Shown one piece after another: positions 34,751-44,865 of a stretch of DNA of 64,000 nucleotides. Numbering within the stretch: position 1 is the stretch's first letter; each line of letters opens with the position of its first letter. Below the pieces are notes generated by a model, which was given only the letters and a program-made list of their open reading frames with translations, was not told the origin of the DNA and ran no database searches. This stretch comes from an uncultured virus (IMG/VR IMGVR_UViG_3300009509_000019) (Duplodnaviria > Heunggongvirae > Uroviricota > Caudoviricetes): the IMG/VR virus record IMGVR_UViG_3300009509_000019. One strand, written 5' to 3'. The position numbers were made by a program, and so were the translations under genes.

Positions 34751-36802
34751 ATGGCGGGCATCCTGCAAGTCGTCTCACCCCAGCAGCTTTCGGAGTACGA
34801 GGCGAAAGTCCAAGCAGAGCGTGAGCCACCCGTACAGCCCATCGAAATGGAGGGGCTGGTTCAATACATTCGTGATGAGTTCAGCGATGCTCGCAACGCA
34901 CGCTACGTCAACGGTATATCTCAAAGACTCATCGAAGCGCAGCGTACCTACCGTGGTGAATATGACCCCAGCAAGCTGCGTGATATCAAGGCGTTCGGAG
35001 GATCAGAAGTTTACTCCCGCGTAACGCCGACCAAGTGCCGGGGCGCGACGTCAGTACTGCGTGACCTTTATTTATCCGGAAGCGAGCCGCCGTGGGAGCT
35101 TTCCCCCACTCCTACACCCACTCTCCCAGAAGACATCAACGAGGCCGTCATGGGTCTTGTACAGGCTGAGTTGCAGGTGGCTCAGCAGCAAGGTGCTCAG
35201 ATTACTGAGGAGATGATCTCCAAGAGGCTGCAACAGCTCTACGATTCTGCGCAAATGGCGGCCATCAAAAACGCCATGGAGGAAGCTAAGGAAGCGAGTC
35301 GGGAGCTCAATGACGTACTTATAGAAGGCAGATTTTATCAGGCCCTCAAAGAGTTCCTCATTGACCTGCCGATTTTTCCTATTGCCTGTCTCAAAGGCCC
35401 CGTAGTCCGCCAGAAGACGAAAGTCCGCTGGGTAAACGGACGCCCCAAGCAAGAAACCTCCCCTAAGCTGTTCTGGGAACGGGTCAGCCCTCTGGACTTG
35501 TATTTCACCCCGGATGCTAGCCATCTCGACGAGTCCTATGTTATTGAGCACGTTAGGTTTTCTCGGCAGGAGCTGTACAATCTCATCGGTGTCCCGGGGT
35601 ATAAAGAGGACGAAATCCGTGCTGTCCTCGCTGACTTCAAGGACAAGACGCAGTCAAGGTCGTGGCGAGATTGGTTTGACGAGGAAAGGGAAGACCTTGA
35701 GGACAGAGATCATTGGGAGTCCGCCCGTGGCCAGCTCATTGACGCTTTAGAGTGGCATGGCTGCATACAGGGACAGATGCTGCTGGATCACGGGTTCTCC
35801 GAAGATCAGATCGACGACCCTGAGAAGGAGTACATGGTTGATGCTTGGGTCGTGGACAGGTACTGCATCAAGGCGCAGGTAGCGCCAAGTTTGACCAATC
35901 GGCCAAATTACTACATCACCAGCTTTGAAAAGATCCCCGGATCCATTTGGGGATACGGCCTTCCGGATATCTTGGAAGACATCACCTCAGTCTGCAACAC
36001 CACGATGCGGGCTATTGTCAACAACTTGTCAATAAGTTCCGGCCCACAGGTAGTCGTCAATCTTGACCGGCTGGCCGAGACAGAAGATGCCAACACGCTG
36101 TACCCGTGGAAACGCTGGCATGTGGTGGATGACCCACTGGGCAACAAAGAGAAACCCGTGGAGTTCTACCAGCCCAACAGCAACGTACAGGAGCTGATGG
36201 CCGTCTATGAGAAGTTTGCGAATATGGCCGATGAAGCGTCGGCTCTCCCCAAGTACCTTACCGGCTCGGGTGCGACTGGCGGCGCAGGACGTACAGCATC
36301 TGGTCTTGCCATGCTTATGGATAACGCATCGAAAGTCATGCAGAACGTGGCAGCGAATGTGGATGATGACATCCTCATGCCTTGCATCGAAAAGCTCTAC
36401 GAGCTAGTCATGCTGGCGGACGCTGGCCCCAACTTGCAAGGTGACGAGACAATTGTTGTCAAGGGCGTGACAGTAGCCGTCCAGAAGGAAACGGATCGGA
36501 TGCGCAAACTTGAGTTCCTGCAGATGACCGCGAACCCGATTGACATGCAGATCATGGGTATTCCGGGACGTGCCGCAGTGCTTGAAGATGTTGCGGAAGA
36601 ACTTGGTATCAAAGGGAAAAAGGTAGTACCATCTCCTGAAGAACTTGAAGCTATGCAGAAGCAGCAGCAGATGTTAGCTGCCGCGCAAGGAGGAGCTCCG
36701 GGTGGTTCGCCCCAGCAAGCCCCGGCTCCGCAGGAAGGTCGTGAACCTGCAATGCAGGCAAGGCAGGGGCAGGAAAACGTAACCCGAGGAGTAGTTCAAT
36801 GA
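34751..36802 (+). CDS. Portal protein
   Basis: 683 aa, first gene of head cluster. W.RVSPLD.Y, PGSIWG.G, RTASGLAMLM and Gln-rich tail are typical of podoviral portals. Confidence 0.88.
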   Translation: MAGILQVVSPQQLSEYEAKVQAEREPPVQPIEMEGLVQYIRDEFSDARNARYVNGISQRLIEAQRTYRGEYDPSKLRDIKAFGGSEVYSRVTPTKCRGATSVLRDLYLSGSEPPWELSPTPTPTLPEDINEAVMGLVQAELQVAQQQGAQITEEMISKRLQQLYDSAQMAAIKNAMEEAKEASRELNDVLIEGRFYQALKEFLIDLPIFPIACLKGPVVRQKTKVRWVNGRPKQETSPKLFWERVSPLDLYFTPDASHLDESYVIEHVRFSRQELYNLIGVPGYKEDEIRAVLADFKDKTQSRSWRDWFDEEREDLEDRDHWESARGQLIDALEWHGCIQGQMLLDHGFSEDQIDDPEKEYMVDAWVVDRYCIKAQVAPSLTNRPNYYITSFEKIPGSIWGYGLPDILEDITSVCNTTMRAIVNNLSISSGPQVVVNLDRLAETEDANTLYPWKRWHVVDDPLGNKEKPVEFYQPNSNVQELMAVYEKFANMADEASALPKYLTGSGATGGAGRTASGLAMLMDNASKVMQNVAANVDDDILMPCIEKLYELVMLADAGPNLQGDETIVVKGVTVAVQKETDRMRKLEFLQMTANPIDMQIMGIPGRAAVLEDVAEELGIKGKKVVPSPEELEAMQKQQQMLAAAQGGAPGGSPQQAPAPQEGREPAMQARQGQENVTRGVVQ

Positions 36803-36975
36803 AGCACGTAAACTCGAAACTGGCGAGCAAGTACGGCAAGCCGCTTTCGTACACTGAAGGCGAGCACACCCAGTCGAAGACCAAGGGTGGTGGTATGAAC
36901 TCGTCGATCATGTCGAACCCAAACACCAAGTCGGATCGTTGCGGCTACGGCGTTAACGGCGTCGGCGGCAAGTAA
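36799..36975 (+). CDS. Small basic Gly/Lys/Ser-rich peptide (58 aa)
   Basis: Manual translation MKHVNSKLASKYGKPL...GVGGK; GAGGAG RBS; ATGA coupling. Confidence 0.6.
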   Translation: MKHVNSKLASKYGKPLSYTEGEHTQSKTKGGGMNSSIMSNPNTKSDRCGYGVNGVGGK

Positions 36976-36985
36976 GGAGGCAATC

Positions 36986-37258
36986 ATGGCCTACGAAACG
37001 TTCAACAAGGGTGGTCAGATGGGTTCGCGCCACAAGTTCTCCGGCGAGATGAATGGCGGCGATGCCCTGACAACTCGCAATAACCGCGAGAAGCGCGACT
37101 ACATGAAGTCTGGTCGTATGGAGTTTTGCTCCAAAGCCCAGTCGAGCGAAAAGTTCCAGCTCGGTAAAGAAGCTGCAGGCAACACGAGCCGCCGCGAGTA
37201 TCCGAAAAAGGGTCACTCTGCAACGAAGTTCGGCTCGACCAAGTCGCAGGGCAGCTGA
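36986..37258 (+). CDS. Small basic, probably disordered protein
   Basis: TAAGGAGG RBS; N-terminus MAYETFNKGG. Confidence 0.7.
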   Translation: MAYETFNKGGQMGSRHKFSGEMNGGDALTTRNNREKRDYMKSGRMEFCSKAQSSEKFQLGKEAAGNTSRREYPKKGHSATKFGSTKSQGS

Positions 37259-37259
37259 G

Positions 37260-37517
37260 ATGGCTTTCCAGACGTTCAACAAGCGCGGGAAGTTCGGCAA
37301 GAAGCCCCCTGAAGACAAGTGGGCAAATGGCGACTTCAGTCCGTCGCACATGTATGGCGCTGCTGATTTTGGCGGCGCTCGTCCCGGGCCGGAACGCCGG
37401 TTCACCAACAACTACGGCAAGAATGTGCGCAAGCGCAACGACTACAAACCGGAAGTCGGTGATCGTAGCCGCGAGGCTGGCCGCATGTTCAATTGGATGA
37501 AGGGAGAGAGTTATTAA
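37260..37517 (+). CDS. Small basic, probably disordered protein
   Basis: N-terminus MAFQTFNKRG resembles the preceding gene. Confidence 0.65.
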   Translation: MAFQTFNKRGKFGKKPPEDKWANGDFSPSHMYGAADFGGARPGPERRFTNNYGKNVRKRNDYKPEVGDRSREAGRMFNWMKGESY

Positions 37518-37545
37518 ACTCAACCAAGAAACCGCCGAAGCAGTA

Positions 37546-37752
37546 ATGCGCCTCATGCACAACGGGGACTTCAAGAAGTTCCTCGATTGGTTCGATGAGG
37601 TTCACACCGTTTTTATCAACGGTGCAGTTATGGGCTATGACGAAAAGTTCAGCCCAGACGTTCTACGTGGCCGAGCACAAGGACTCTCCATCTTGAAGAC
37701 AGAGTTGGAAAAAGCGCCTGACGTTGCTGGCCGGATTCAAAAAATAAGCTGA
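37546..37752 (+). CDS. Conserved small head-cluster protein preceding scaffold
   Basis: F..FL.W.......GRAQ.L pattern; true start may be ATT at 37513. Confidence 0.7.
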   Translation: MRLMHNGDFKKFLDWFDEVHTVFINGAVMGYDEKFSPDVLRGRAQGLSILKTELEKAPDVAGRIQKIS

Positions 37753-37762
37753 GGAATACGCC

Positions 37763-38836
37763 ATGGCGCTCCCCAAACAAGTTCGTAACCAGATCAAGCA
37801 AAACGAAGAAATCATCGAGGCTGTCCATAAGGAGCAGGCCGACGCTCGTAAGGAAGCTGAAGATGCAGCACAGGCTGAGATTGATTCGCTGCTAGCAGAA
37901 GTTGATCCTCCCAAGGAAACGAAGCAGGAGAAACCGAAAGCAGAGGTTACGGAGCTTCATCCGGCTAAAGAAGAAGGAGGTGATCCCCCGTCTACGCCCG
38001 AGAAGGTAGAGCGTATAGATTGGAAGCAAAAGTATTCCGTTCTGAAAGGCAAGTATGACGCTGAGGTGCCGCGTTTGTCTTCTGACTTACGCGATGCAAA
38101 CAGGCGCATCCAAAGTCTTGAAGATAAGATTGCCGAGATTGCTTCTGAGAAGACAGCTCCGAAAGAAGAACCCACTCGGTCGGATTTCACTCCTGAGGAA
38201 ATCGCTGATTACGGCGAAGACCTGTTGGATGTGATTGGCAGGAAAGCTCGGCAGATCGTTGAGGCAGAGTACAAGCCTCAAATTGCTAACCTTGAATCGA
38301 CTGTTGCGACTTTGAAGTCACAGCTTGGCGAGACTGGTCAGCGAGTCGGCAAATTTGAACAGAATGAAGTCTTTGCCCAGCTCGACGCGAGCGTTGAAAA
38401 CTGGCGCAAGATCAACGTTGATCCAGAGTTTCACGAGTGGCTGGATCAGGTAGACCCCTTTTCAGGGGAAACTCGTAAGGGCCTCCTCCTGCGAGCCTTT
38501 GACCGCAAAAACGCCCATCAGGTCAAGGCTTTCTTCGAGAGGTACATTGAGGAAAACGCGGCTGTTTCGCCAACTCCAACCGATCCATCACCCTCTGGGC
38601 AAGGGGGAAAACAAGGATCGACACTGGACTTGAATGATTACGTAGCACCCGGCCAACCAAAGGGCGGGTCAGGTACAGCAGGCGCTCCTAAAGACAAGCG
38701 GATGTGGACTTCCGCTGAAGTCGGTAAGTTTTACTCCGACGTTCAGAAAGGACGGTACAAGAGCCGTCCGGAAGACAAGATCCGTATTGAGGCAGACATT
38801 GTGGCTGCTACACGCGAAGGGCGTATCAGGTCTTAG
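37763..38836 (+). CDS. Capsid scaffolding protein
   Basis: Acidic coiled coil, KY..LKGKY..EVPRL, W..IN.DP.F..WL, C-terminal A.REGRI; directly upstream of capsid. Confidence 0.8.
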   Translation: MALPKQVRNQIKQNEEIIEAVHKEQADARKEAEDAAQAEIDSLLAEVDPPKETKQEKPKAEVTELHPAKEEGGDPPSTPEKVERIDWKQKYSVLKGKYDAEVPRLSSDLRDANRRIQSLEDKIAEIASEKTAPKEEPTRSDFTPEEIADYGEDLLDVIGRKARQIVEAEYKPQIANLESTVATLKSQLGETGQRVGKFEQNEVFAQLDASVENWRKINVDPEFHEWLDQVDPFSGETRKGLLLRAFDRKNAHQVKAFFERYIEENAAVSPTPTDPSPSGQGGKQGSTLDLNDYVAPGQPKGGSGTAGAPKDKRMWTSAEVGKFYSDVQKGRYKSRPEDKIRIEADIVAATREGRIRS

Positions 38837-38855
38837 TTTTTAGGAGTTAGCTCTC

Positions 38856-39800
38856 ATGGCATATCCATATTCCCCCAGTGCGGGTAGTCAGGCATTCACG
38901 CCTCCGACTCCTCCGTATTCGGGTGTGTTCATTCCGGAGCTGTGGTCGGGCAAGATCATCGAGAAGTTCTACGATGCTACTGTCCTCGCAGCAATCGCAA
39001 ACACGGACTACGAAGGTGAAATCACCGCCTACGGCGACAAGGTGACGATCCGCACGAAGCCCAACATCACGATCAACGACTACCGTGCGTACGATGCGTT
39101 GAGCACGCAAGTACCAAACAGCGGAGTTGTCGAGCTGCTGATCGACTCAGGTAAGTACTGGTCTACGGTTCTCGACGACGTCATGGAAGTCCAGTCTGAT
39201 CTCGACCACTTCAGCATGTGGGCTGATGATGCGTCGGAGCAGATGAAGATTGACATTGACACCGATGTCCTCGCAGGCATCGCTGCTGACGTCGCTGCAA
39301 CGAACCAAGGCGCAACCGCTGGTGTTCAGGCTGGTACTTCGCTGAACCTCGGTGCAGCCGGTACGCCGTTCGCAGTTTCGACGACCAACGTCATCGACAA
39401 GATCATCGAGTGTGGTCAGATTCTTGACGAGAACAACATCCCCGAGACGGGCCGCTGGTTCGTTATCCCGGCATGGATGGCAGCTCTCATCAAGCGTTCG
39501 GATCTGAAGGATGCTTCGCTCACGGGCGACGGTGTCACGATGCTCCGTAACGGCCGCCTCGGTATGATTGACCGCTTCACGCTGTATGCGTCGAACCTGC
39601 TGCCCTTCGGCACCACGGACGTCGCTCACAGCTGCTACTTCGGTCACTCGCATGGACTGACGTTTGCTTCGCAGCTGACGAAGGTCGAGACTCTCCGTGC
39701 TGAAAGCACCTTTGGTACGCTCCTGCGTGGTTTGCAGGTGTTCGGCTACAAGGTTGTTGACGGTACGGCTCTCGGCATCCTGTACGCTAGCAGGGCATAG
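38856..39800 (+). CDS. Major capsid protein (HK97 fold)
   Basis: FIPELWSGK, N.DYEGEI...GD.V.I, LDENNIP..GRW, G.IDRF.LY.SN, RGL.VFG.KV; followed by a hairpin. Confidence 0.93.
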   Translation: MAYPYSPSAGSQAFTPPTPPYSGVFIPELWSGKIIEKFYDATVLAAIANTDYEGEITAYGDKVTIRTKPNITINDYRAYDALSTQVPNSGVVELLIDSGKYWSTVLDDVMEVQSDLDHFSMWADDASEQMKIDIDTDVLAGIAADVAATNQGATAGVQAGTSLNLGAAGTPFAVSTTNVIDKIIECGQILDENNIPETGRWFVIPAWMAALIKRSDLKDASLTGDGVTMLRNGRLGMIDRFTLYASNLLPFGTTDVAHSCYFGHSHGLTFASQLTKVETLRAESTFGTLLRGLQVFGYKVVDGTALGILYASRA

Positions 39801-39815
39801 TCAGTAGTTCTGATA

Positions 39816-39844
39816 GGGAGGGGGATAGTCCCCCTCCCGCTTTA
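39816..39844 (+). terminator. Probable weak intrinsic terminator after capsid gene
   Basis: GGGAGGGGGA-tag-TCCCCCTCCC then GCTTTA (short U-tract). Confidence 0.65.
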
Positions 39845-39858
39845 CGACTGGGAAGATT

Positions 39859-40140
39859 ATGGCTGTTCGACTTTTGAAATCATTAACGACTGGTGTTGTA
39901 TTGCCGTACAACCCTGCTACGTTGAAAAGCGCAAACGTGCGTGAAATGACGGCGCAGGAAGTAGCGGATTACTACGCTTCTCTCGGCAAAAAGACCGAAG
40001 CTCCGCAACCGGTAGCTGAACCTGAGCCTGTGTTCGAGGAACCAGCACCTGAGATTGAAACGGGTGTGGTGGTTACTCAGGACTACAGCGAAGGTGAGCC
40101 GGATGCTGACGAGGTGCTGAAGGCCCTTGAGGTTGACTGA
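39859..40140 (+). CDS. Small acidic hypothetical protein
   Basis: ORF between capsid and adaptor genes. Confidence 0.65.
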   Translation: MAVRLLKSLTTGVVLPYNPATLKSANVREMTAQEVADYYASLGKKTEAPQPVAEPEPVFEEPAPEIETGVVVTQDYSEGEPDADEVLKALEVD

Positions 40141-40490
40141 TGCCAAAGTCTATTGACGACGCCCTCGTAGATGCTCGTGTCATTTTGAATGACGCAGCGG
40201 GGGATCGTTATACAGACGCCGATCTGATTTCAGATTTGAACAGCGCCATTTCCATGACGAAGATGATCCGACCGGACGCCTTCATATTGGGAGAGGCACT
40301 GCCGGAATTTACCGTGGCTGATTTGGGACAAGTCCCGGCCACGGATTTTCCGTTACCAGAAGTCTTCTACCAGAGCTTTGTCTACTATCTGGCTGGCAAT
40401 GCTGAGCTGCGTGATGACGAGTTTGCGGTCGATAACAGAGCAATGACACTCCTCGCTGCGTATAGGAGGAACTTAACGGGAAAACCTTAA
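40140..40490 (+). CDS. Putative head-tail adaptor
   Basis: AR..LND....RYTD.DL...LN.......RPD helical-bundle pattern. Confidence 0.7.
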   Translation: MPKSIDDALVDARVILNDAAGDRYTDADLISDLNSAISMTKMIRPDAFILGEALPEFTVADLGQVPATDFPLPEVFYQSFVYYLAGNAELRDDEFAVDNRAMTLLAAYRRNLTGKP

Positions 40491-40502
40491 CAGGAGCACA
40501 AC

Positions 40503-41183
40503 ATGCCGCAAAGTGGCTTTGAAGATGGGTTCACAGTTGCTACTGGTGGCTCGCTTGATACTTGGGTTAAGGAGATCCACGCAAAAGTTCCGGGAGCAAT
40601 TGAGGGGTACATCTACGATCAGCTGAAGCTGGTCATTTCAGATTTCTTCCAGCACACCAAAGCATGGCGTGCGTTCCTTGGCCCGTTTGAAGCATCCGAG
40701 GGCGACGGGACGATTGCCCTGAACCCTGTTGATGCTTACTCCAAAGTCATCCAAGTTCTCGGCGTTGTTCGCAACGGCAGCTCGCTGCAGCAAGTCGATA
40801 TCCGAGATGTCCCGCGTTACTTTGCTACCGACACCAGTGAAACCACACCGTCTCGGTACTACCTTGAGCCATATGATGTTATCAATCTGTGGCCAGTCCC
40901 TTCCGCTGACGTAACAGAGATTTACGTCACCGCTGCGCTGACCCCACGTTTGCGTAGCGACAACCGAATCCAAGAGTGGATCGTCGATCAGCACTATGAG
41001 CCCATCAAGGCTGGCGTGCTGGCAAGGCTCTATCAGGAGCCTGACAAGGTCTACACCAATGCAATGCAGGCCGAGTACTGGGGCAAGAAGTACCGCTCCG
41101 AGATGGTACGTATGCGCTCTGTCGCTGACCAAGGGTATGGTGAACGTGCGCAACCTTGGAGTTTCCCCACTTGGACTCGATAA
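40503..41183 (+). CDS. Putative adaptor / tail tubular protein A
   Basis: VPG......DF...T..WR, L.PVP, I..G.LARL...P.K.Y.N; position in the operon. Confidence 0.65.
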   Translation: MPQSGFEDGFTVATGGSLDTWVKEIHAKVPGAIEGYIYDQLKLVISDFFQHTKAWRAFLGPFEASEGDGTIALNPVDAYSKVIQVLGVVRNGSSLQQVDIRDVPRYFATDTSETTPSRYYLEPYDVINLWPVPSADVTEIYVTAALTPRLRSDNRIQEWIVDQHYEPIKAGVLARLYQEPDKVYTNAMQAEYWGKKYRSEMVRMRSVADQGYGERAQPWSFPTWTR

Positions 41184-41717
41184 ATGCCCACACCTGCTTA
41201 CATAGACACGGCACTGTATCTGCCGCTGGGAGGCGTCAATGGCTTTGAAGTCAACGGTTTCCCAGTCAACGGCGTCGGCATTGTGGACAGCCCGTTCGCC
41301 GGAGTTGAGTTCCAACTCGATCCCTACCGGTCGATACTTCCGTTGGATCGGGCAGACGTGGACTTGGTCGCCGTCTATCCATCGCTACTTTTCCCTGAGT
41401 ACAATCTTTCTGTTCAGGGATCTGAGGTACGCCAAGCATCGGTTTGGTCTGATGAGAGCGTGGTTCAGGTGGACGCGGAGAGACTCAGTTCGAGCGTGGA
41501 AGCTACGTTTGAGTCTCTGGAACTCCCGGTGGAAAGTGTTTCGTACGTCGCTGCCGAATACCGCACTTCGTATGTACTGGCGACACATCCTTCCTCGAAA
41601 GGAGCTGATCGTGCAAGTTCGGATGTGGCTGCAATACCGGATAGTCAGGAGCCGAGTGAGTACGATGTTTCGACCGTCCCGCAAGAAGACAGGACATCAG
41701 TAGTTCGGAGAATTTAA
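41184..41717 (+). CDS. Acidic virion-associated protein
   Basis: VNGFEVNGFPVNG repeat at the N-terminus. Confidence 0.55.
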   Translation: MPTPAYIDTALYLPLGGVNGFEVNGFPVNGVGIVDSPFAGVEFQLDPYRSILPLDRADVDLVAVYPSLLFPEYNLSVQGSEVRQASVWSDESVVQVDAERLSSSVEATFESLELPVESVSYVAAEYRTSYVLATHPSSKGADRASSDVAAIPDSQEPSEYDVSTVPQEDRTSVVRRI

Positions 41718-42031
41718 TGGCACTGCTTGACAGATTTGACAAACAGCCGACTGAGATCAAGAAATATCAGATTGATTACTCAGAATGGCTGCCGACCGGC
41801 GAGACTGTTGTCGGGGTTGTTACAGCAGTGACGCTGCTCAACCCCGCCAGTGGCGATGTTGGAGAACCCACGCTCACTGTGGGCACCACGCAGGTAGTGG
41901 GTGGCACTGTGTTCGAGTACTACATCAGCAGCGGAACGGATGGCAAACGATACAAAGTCGAGTTCGCCGCAACGACGACTGATGCACAGGTTGTCGAGAG
42001 CGAGATCGAATGGAGAGTGGTTGACACATGA
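41717..42031 (+). CDS. Putative fibre-tail adaptor
   Basis: KQP.E...Y.IDYSEWL..GET...GTDG.RYKV...TT......E.E. Confidence 0.7.
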   Translation: MALLDRFDKQPTEIKKYQIDYSEWLPTGETVVGVVTAVTLLNPASGDVGEPTLTVGTTQVVGGTVFEYYISSGTDGKRYKVEFAATTTDAQVVESEIEWRVVDT

Positions 42032-43059
42032 CTATTGAATTTTCAAACAACGCATCAGGCACTCTCAGTGTTCAGCTCGATGGCGCTACACCGGGGCCGG
42101 AAGACACTACGTTGGTGCTTCAGTCAAATGAGGGGCAGCTGTTCCCGCCAGTCACCACGGCTAGCGGCAACTTCTTCTACTGCACCGTGGAAGACACCTC
42201 GGGCAACATCGAGATCGTCAAATGTACGGACGTATCCACTGATACGTTGACCATTACGCGAGCACAGGAGAACACCACGTCGCAGACTTTCGCTGTTGGC
42301 TCCAAGGTAGAGCTGCGCACCACCGCTGCGACCTTCGCTGAGTTTATCCAGAGAACGGGTGACCAGATGACTGGTGGCCCACTCGACTTCAATGGTAACG
42401 AGCTGCGCGATGCACTGATTACAAATACAGGCACCGGTGAGCTCAGAGGGATGCCGATTCGTGGTACGGATGGCGGAACGAGTAACCAGCTTCTCGTACC
42501 AACAGGTGGTGGTGCCCCGACCATTGGCGGCAACACTATCATCCATACCGGTAACGATACAGCGTATGTGCAAACGACTCGTACTCTGACAGGTGGTGAG
42601 GGCATCGCCGCTATTGGCGATTTGTCAGCTAACCGTACCGTCGATTTGGATATCAACGAGCTGACGACACTGGCCGGAACGAATGTCGCCGCTGGCGACC
42701 AGTTCTTGGTTTACGACCTTGATGTTACAACGCACAAGGTCATGAACTACCGTAGTGCCGGTATCCCTGTCATCACGGATAGCACTGCCAACCCACAGTT
42801 GACAGATGACACTGTGAACTCTTTGTGGATATTAAACTACGCAGTGGGGCCGATTACTTTTGACTTCGATACCGGCGTAGGGGAACAAGGCAACGTTGTG
42901 ATTTGGTATCAGGCAGATGCCACTCAACAGGTAACTATTGCAGGTACGGCTACCATTGTATCTTCAACCACGAACAAGCGTACTCGTGGGCAGTATTCGA
43001 TGGGGTTTGCAATCTGTACTTCAGCTAATAACTGGATTGTCTACGGGGATCTTGAGTAA
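42028..43059 (+). CDS. Tail fibre-like protein
   Basis: F.NNAS.TL...EIVKCT.....LTI.RAQE.T N-terminal module; C-terminal N.W.V.GDL domain. Confidence 0.7.
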   Translation: MTIEFSNNASGTLSVQLDGATPGPEDTTLVLQSNEGQLFPPVTTASGNFFYCTVEDTSGNIEIVKCTDVSTDTLTITRAQENTTSQTFAVGSKVELRTTAATFAEFIQRTGDQMTGGPLDFNGNELRDALITNTGTGELRGMPIRGTDGGTSNQLLVPTGGGAPTIGGNTIIHTGNDTAYVQTTRTLTGGEGIAAIGDLSANRTVDLDINELTTLAGTNVAAGDQFLVYDLDVTTHKVMNYRSAGIPVITDSTANPQLTDDTVNSLWILNYAVGPITFDFDTGVGEQGNVVIWYQADATQQVTIAGTATIVSSTTNKRTRGQYSMGFAICTSANNWIVYGDLE

Positions 43060-43523
43060 TGTTTCCTCAGTTTCTTGCACAGATTGCTTCCGGTGTTGCT
43101 AAGAGCACCACCATTGAATGGATTAACTACGGTGCATCAGAAGATACGTCTGGTGGGCCAGCGTCTGCACAGATCATTTGGTACAGAGCAAATCGCCCAT
43201 CGAATCCGGGTGAGGTATGGGCTGACGATACAGGCATTCTTACTTATGCTTTTACGCCAATTCTACCCATTACCGATGCATCGTTGTTTGAGGCTAAGTG
43301 GAATTACTTGTCAGGCAATGCCCCAAGTGCAACGTTTTCTTCCGCTGAAGATACTTGGATACCCATTGCTACGCAGTCTTTTGATGTAACTTGGTACAAC
43401 CCTACTGGCCCAAACACTATTCAAGGAACTGTTACTGCAAGTATGAGGCGTGTCGGAACTACGTCACCAGTGTACACCGCAATATGGGATGGAGAAGTAA
43501 TACTGTCAGGTAAAGGTAAGTAA
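43059..43523 (+). CDS. Fibre-associated small protein (LSGKGK paralog A)
   Basis: Shares GGP..A.I..YRA, GEVW.DD and WDG.V.LSGKGK with 51231 and 51686. Confidence 0.7.
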   Translation: MFPQFLAQIASGVAKSTTIEWINYGASEDTSGGPASAQIIWYRANRPSNPGEVWADDTGILTYAFTPILPITDASLFEAKWNYLSGNAPSATFSSAEDTWIPIATQSFDVTWYNPTGPNTIQGTVTASMRRVGTTSPVYTAIWDGEVILSGKGK

Positions 43524-44122
43524 TGCCGCTGATCGTTTTTGAAAACAACAGTAACGGCGTATTAGCAAGCGACATTGATGATGTTACTACGACGATTACG
43601 TTGGTTGGGGGACAAGGCAACAACTTCCCCAGCATCACTGCGCCTGATGAAATCTTCTTTATCACGCTACAAAACTACGCGGCTCAGCTTATCGAGATCT
43701 GTCGCGTTACTAACCGTGCGGGTGACGTACTTACTGTACTGCGCGGACAGGACGGCACGAGTGCAAAAAGCTGGACTGCGGCGACAACTGTGGTTCAGTT
43801 ACGAGTTACTAAGGAAACGCTCGAACAGTTCGTACAGCAAGCTGCTGCGTTGACACCAGATTCGCTGGTAACAGTTAACAGTCTGGGGCAGCTAACCTCT
43901 CTGACAGATGGGCTGCCACAAACATGGGAGTTTTTTACGTCTACGGAAGGACAGACGGCTTTCAATACGACTGCCACACTACCTGACACGGACAACCGGG
44001 TTCAGGCGTTTATCAACGGAGTACGTCAGTTTCCACCTGACCACTTCACAGTCACAGGGGCTCAACAGCTAACCTTCACTGGTGCGCTTGCTGAGGGTGA
44101 CTACGTTGCCATAGGGATATGA
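43523..44122 (+). CDS. Tail-associated protein
   Basis: Same N-terminal module as 42028, plus GQT.F...V.INGVRQ....FT module. Confidence 0.65.
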   Translation: MPLIVFENNSNGVLASDIDDVTTTITLVGGQGNNFPSITAPDEIFFITLQNYAAQLIEICRVTNRAGDVLTVLRGQDGTSAKSWTAATTVVQLRVTKETLEQFVQQAAALTPDSLVTVNSLGQLTSLTDGLPQTWEFFTSTEGQTAFNTTATLPDTDNRVQAFINGVRQFPPDHFTVTGAQQLTFTGALAEGDYVAIGI

Positions 44123-44123
44123 G

Positions 44124-44582
44124 ATGCTTAGCGATCTGGTGAAAGGGGCTCTTGGCCCAATACTCGACGGGATATTGAAATTTATCCCTGACAAGAATGC
44201 TCGGGCTGAAGCCAAAGAACAGTTCGAGATGCAGATGCTGTCGGCCATGACCAATCTGGTTCAGGGGCAGCTGAAGATTAACGAGGTGCAGGCGCAGCAC
44301 GGGTCTATTTTCGTTGCTGGGGCGCGGCCCTTTATCATGTGGGTGTGTGGCATAGCCTTGGGTTGGAATTATTTACTTCAGCCAATTTTCAACTGGGGTG
44401 TGTATGTCACCGTACTGAGCGGAAACATTGATTTGGAAATGGCTCAGACCCTGCAGGCCCCCACTTTGGACACAGGGGAACTTACAACCATTTTACTCGG
44501 AATGCTCGGGCTTGGCGGTCTTCGGACGTATGAGAAGCGTCTCGGAGTAGCAAGGTCGGACATCAATCGTGGCAAAGAATGA
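44124..44582 (+). CDS. Putative holin (3TM / GTA-holin-like)
   Basis: Q..INE..A....FVAG.RPFI.WVC...LLGMLGLGGLRT.EK..GV. Confidence 0.85.
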   Translation: MLSDLVKGALGPILDGILKFIPDKNARAEAKEQFEMQMLSAMTNLVQGQLKINEVQAQHGSIFVAGARPFIMWVCGIALGWNYLLQPIFNWGVYVTVLSGNIDLEMAQTLQAPTLDTGELTTILLGMLGLGGLRTYEKRLGVARSDINRGKE

Positions 44583-44865
44583 CGAGGACGAAGTAGTGGT
44601 AAGTAACGCCTTTGAACGACACGCGCAGACTGCCCTCGTGTTAGTGCTAGTCGCCTTGTTGCTTTGGGTGGGGAACACCACGCAGAATACGGCTGTGTCT
44701 GTGGCAGAAATGCGAGTTGAGGTGGCTTACCTCAAGGCCCTTTCTGAATTGCCACCGCCGCAGTTTTTAGAGCTGTCGAAGCGGATGGACGATCAACGCA
44801 ACCGCATTGACTATTTGGAAGCAAGGCTGGATCAGCTATTGGAGAGAGAAGATGGGAAACGCTAG
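44569..44865 (+). CDS. Membrane-anchored coiled-coil protein
   Basis: One TM helix then coiled coil; overlaps the holin. Confidence 0.6.
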   Translation: MAKNDEDEVVVSNAFERHAQTALVLVLVALLLWVGNTTQNTAVSVAEMRVEVAYLKALSELPPPQFLELSKRMDDQRNRIDYLEARLDQLLEREDGKR

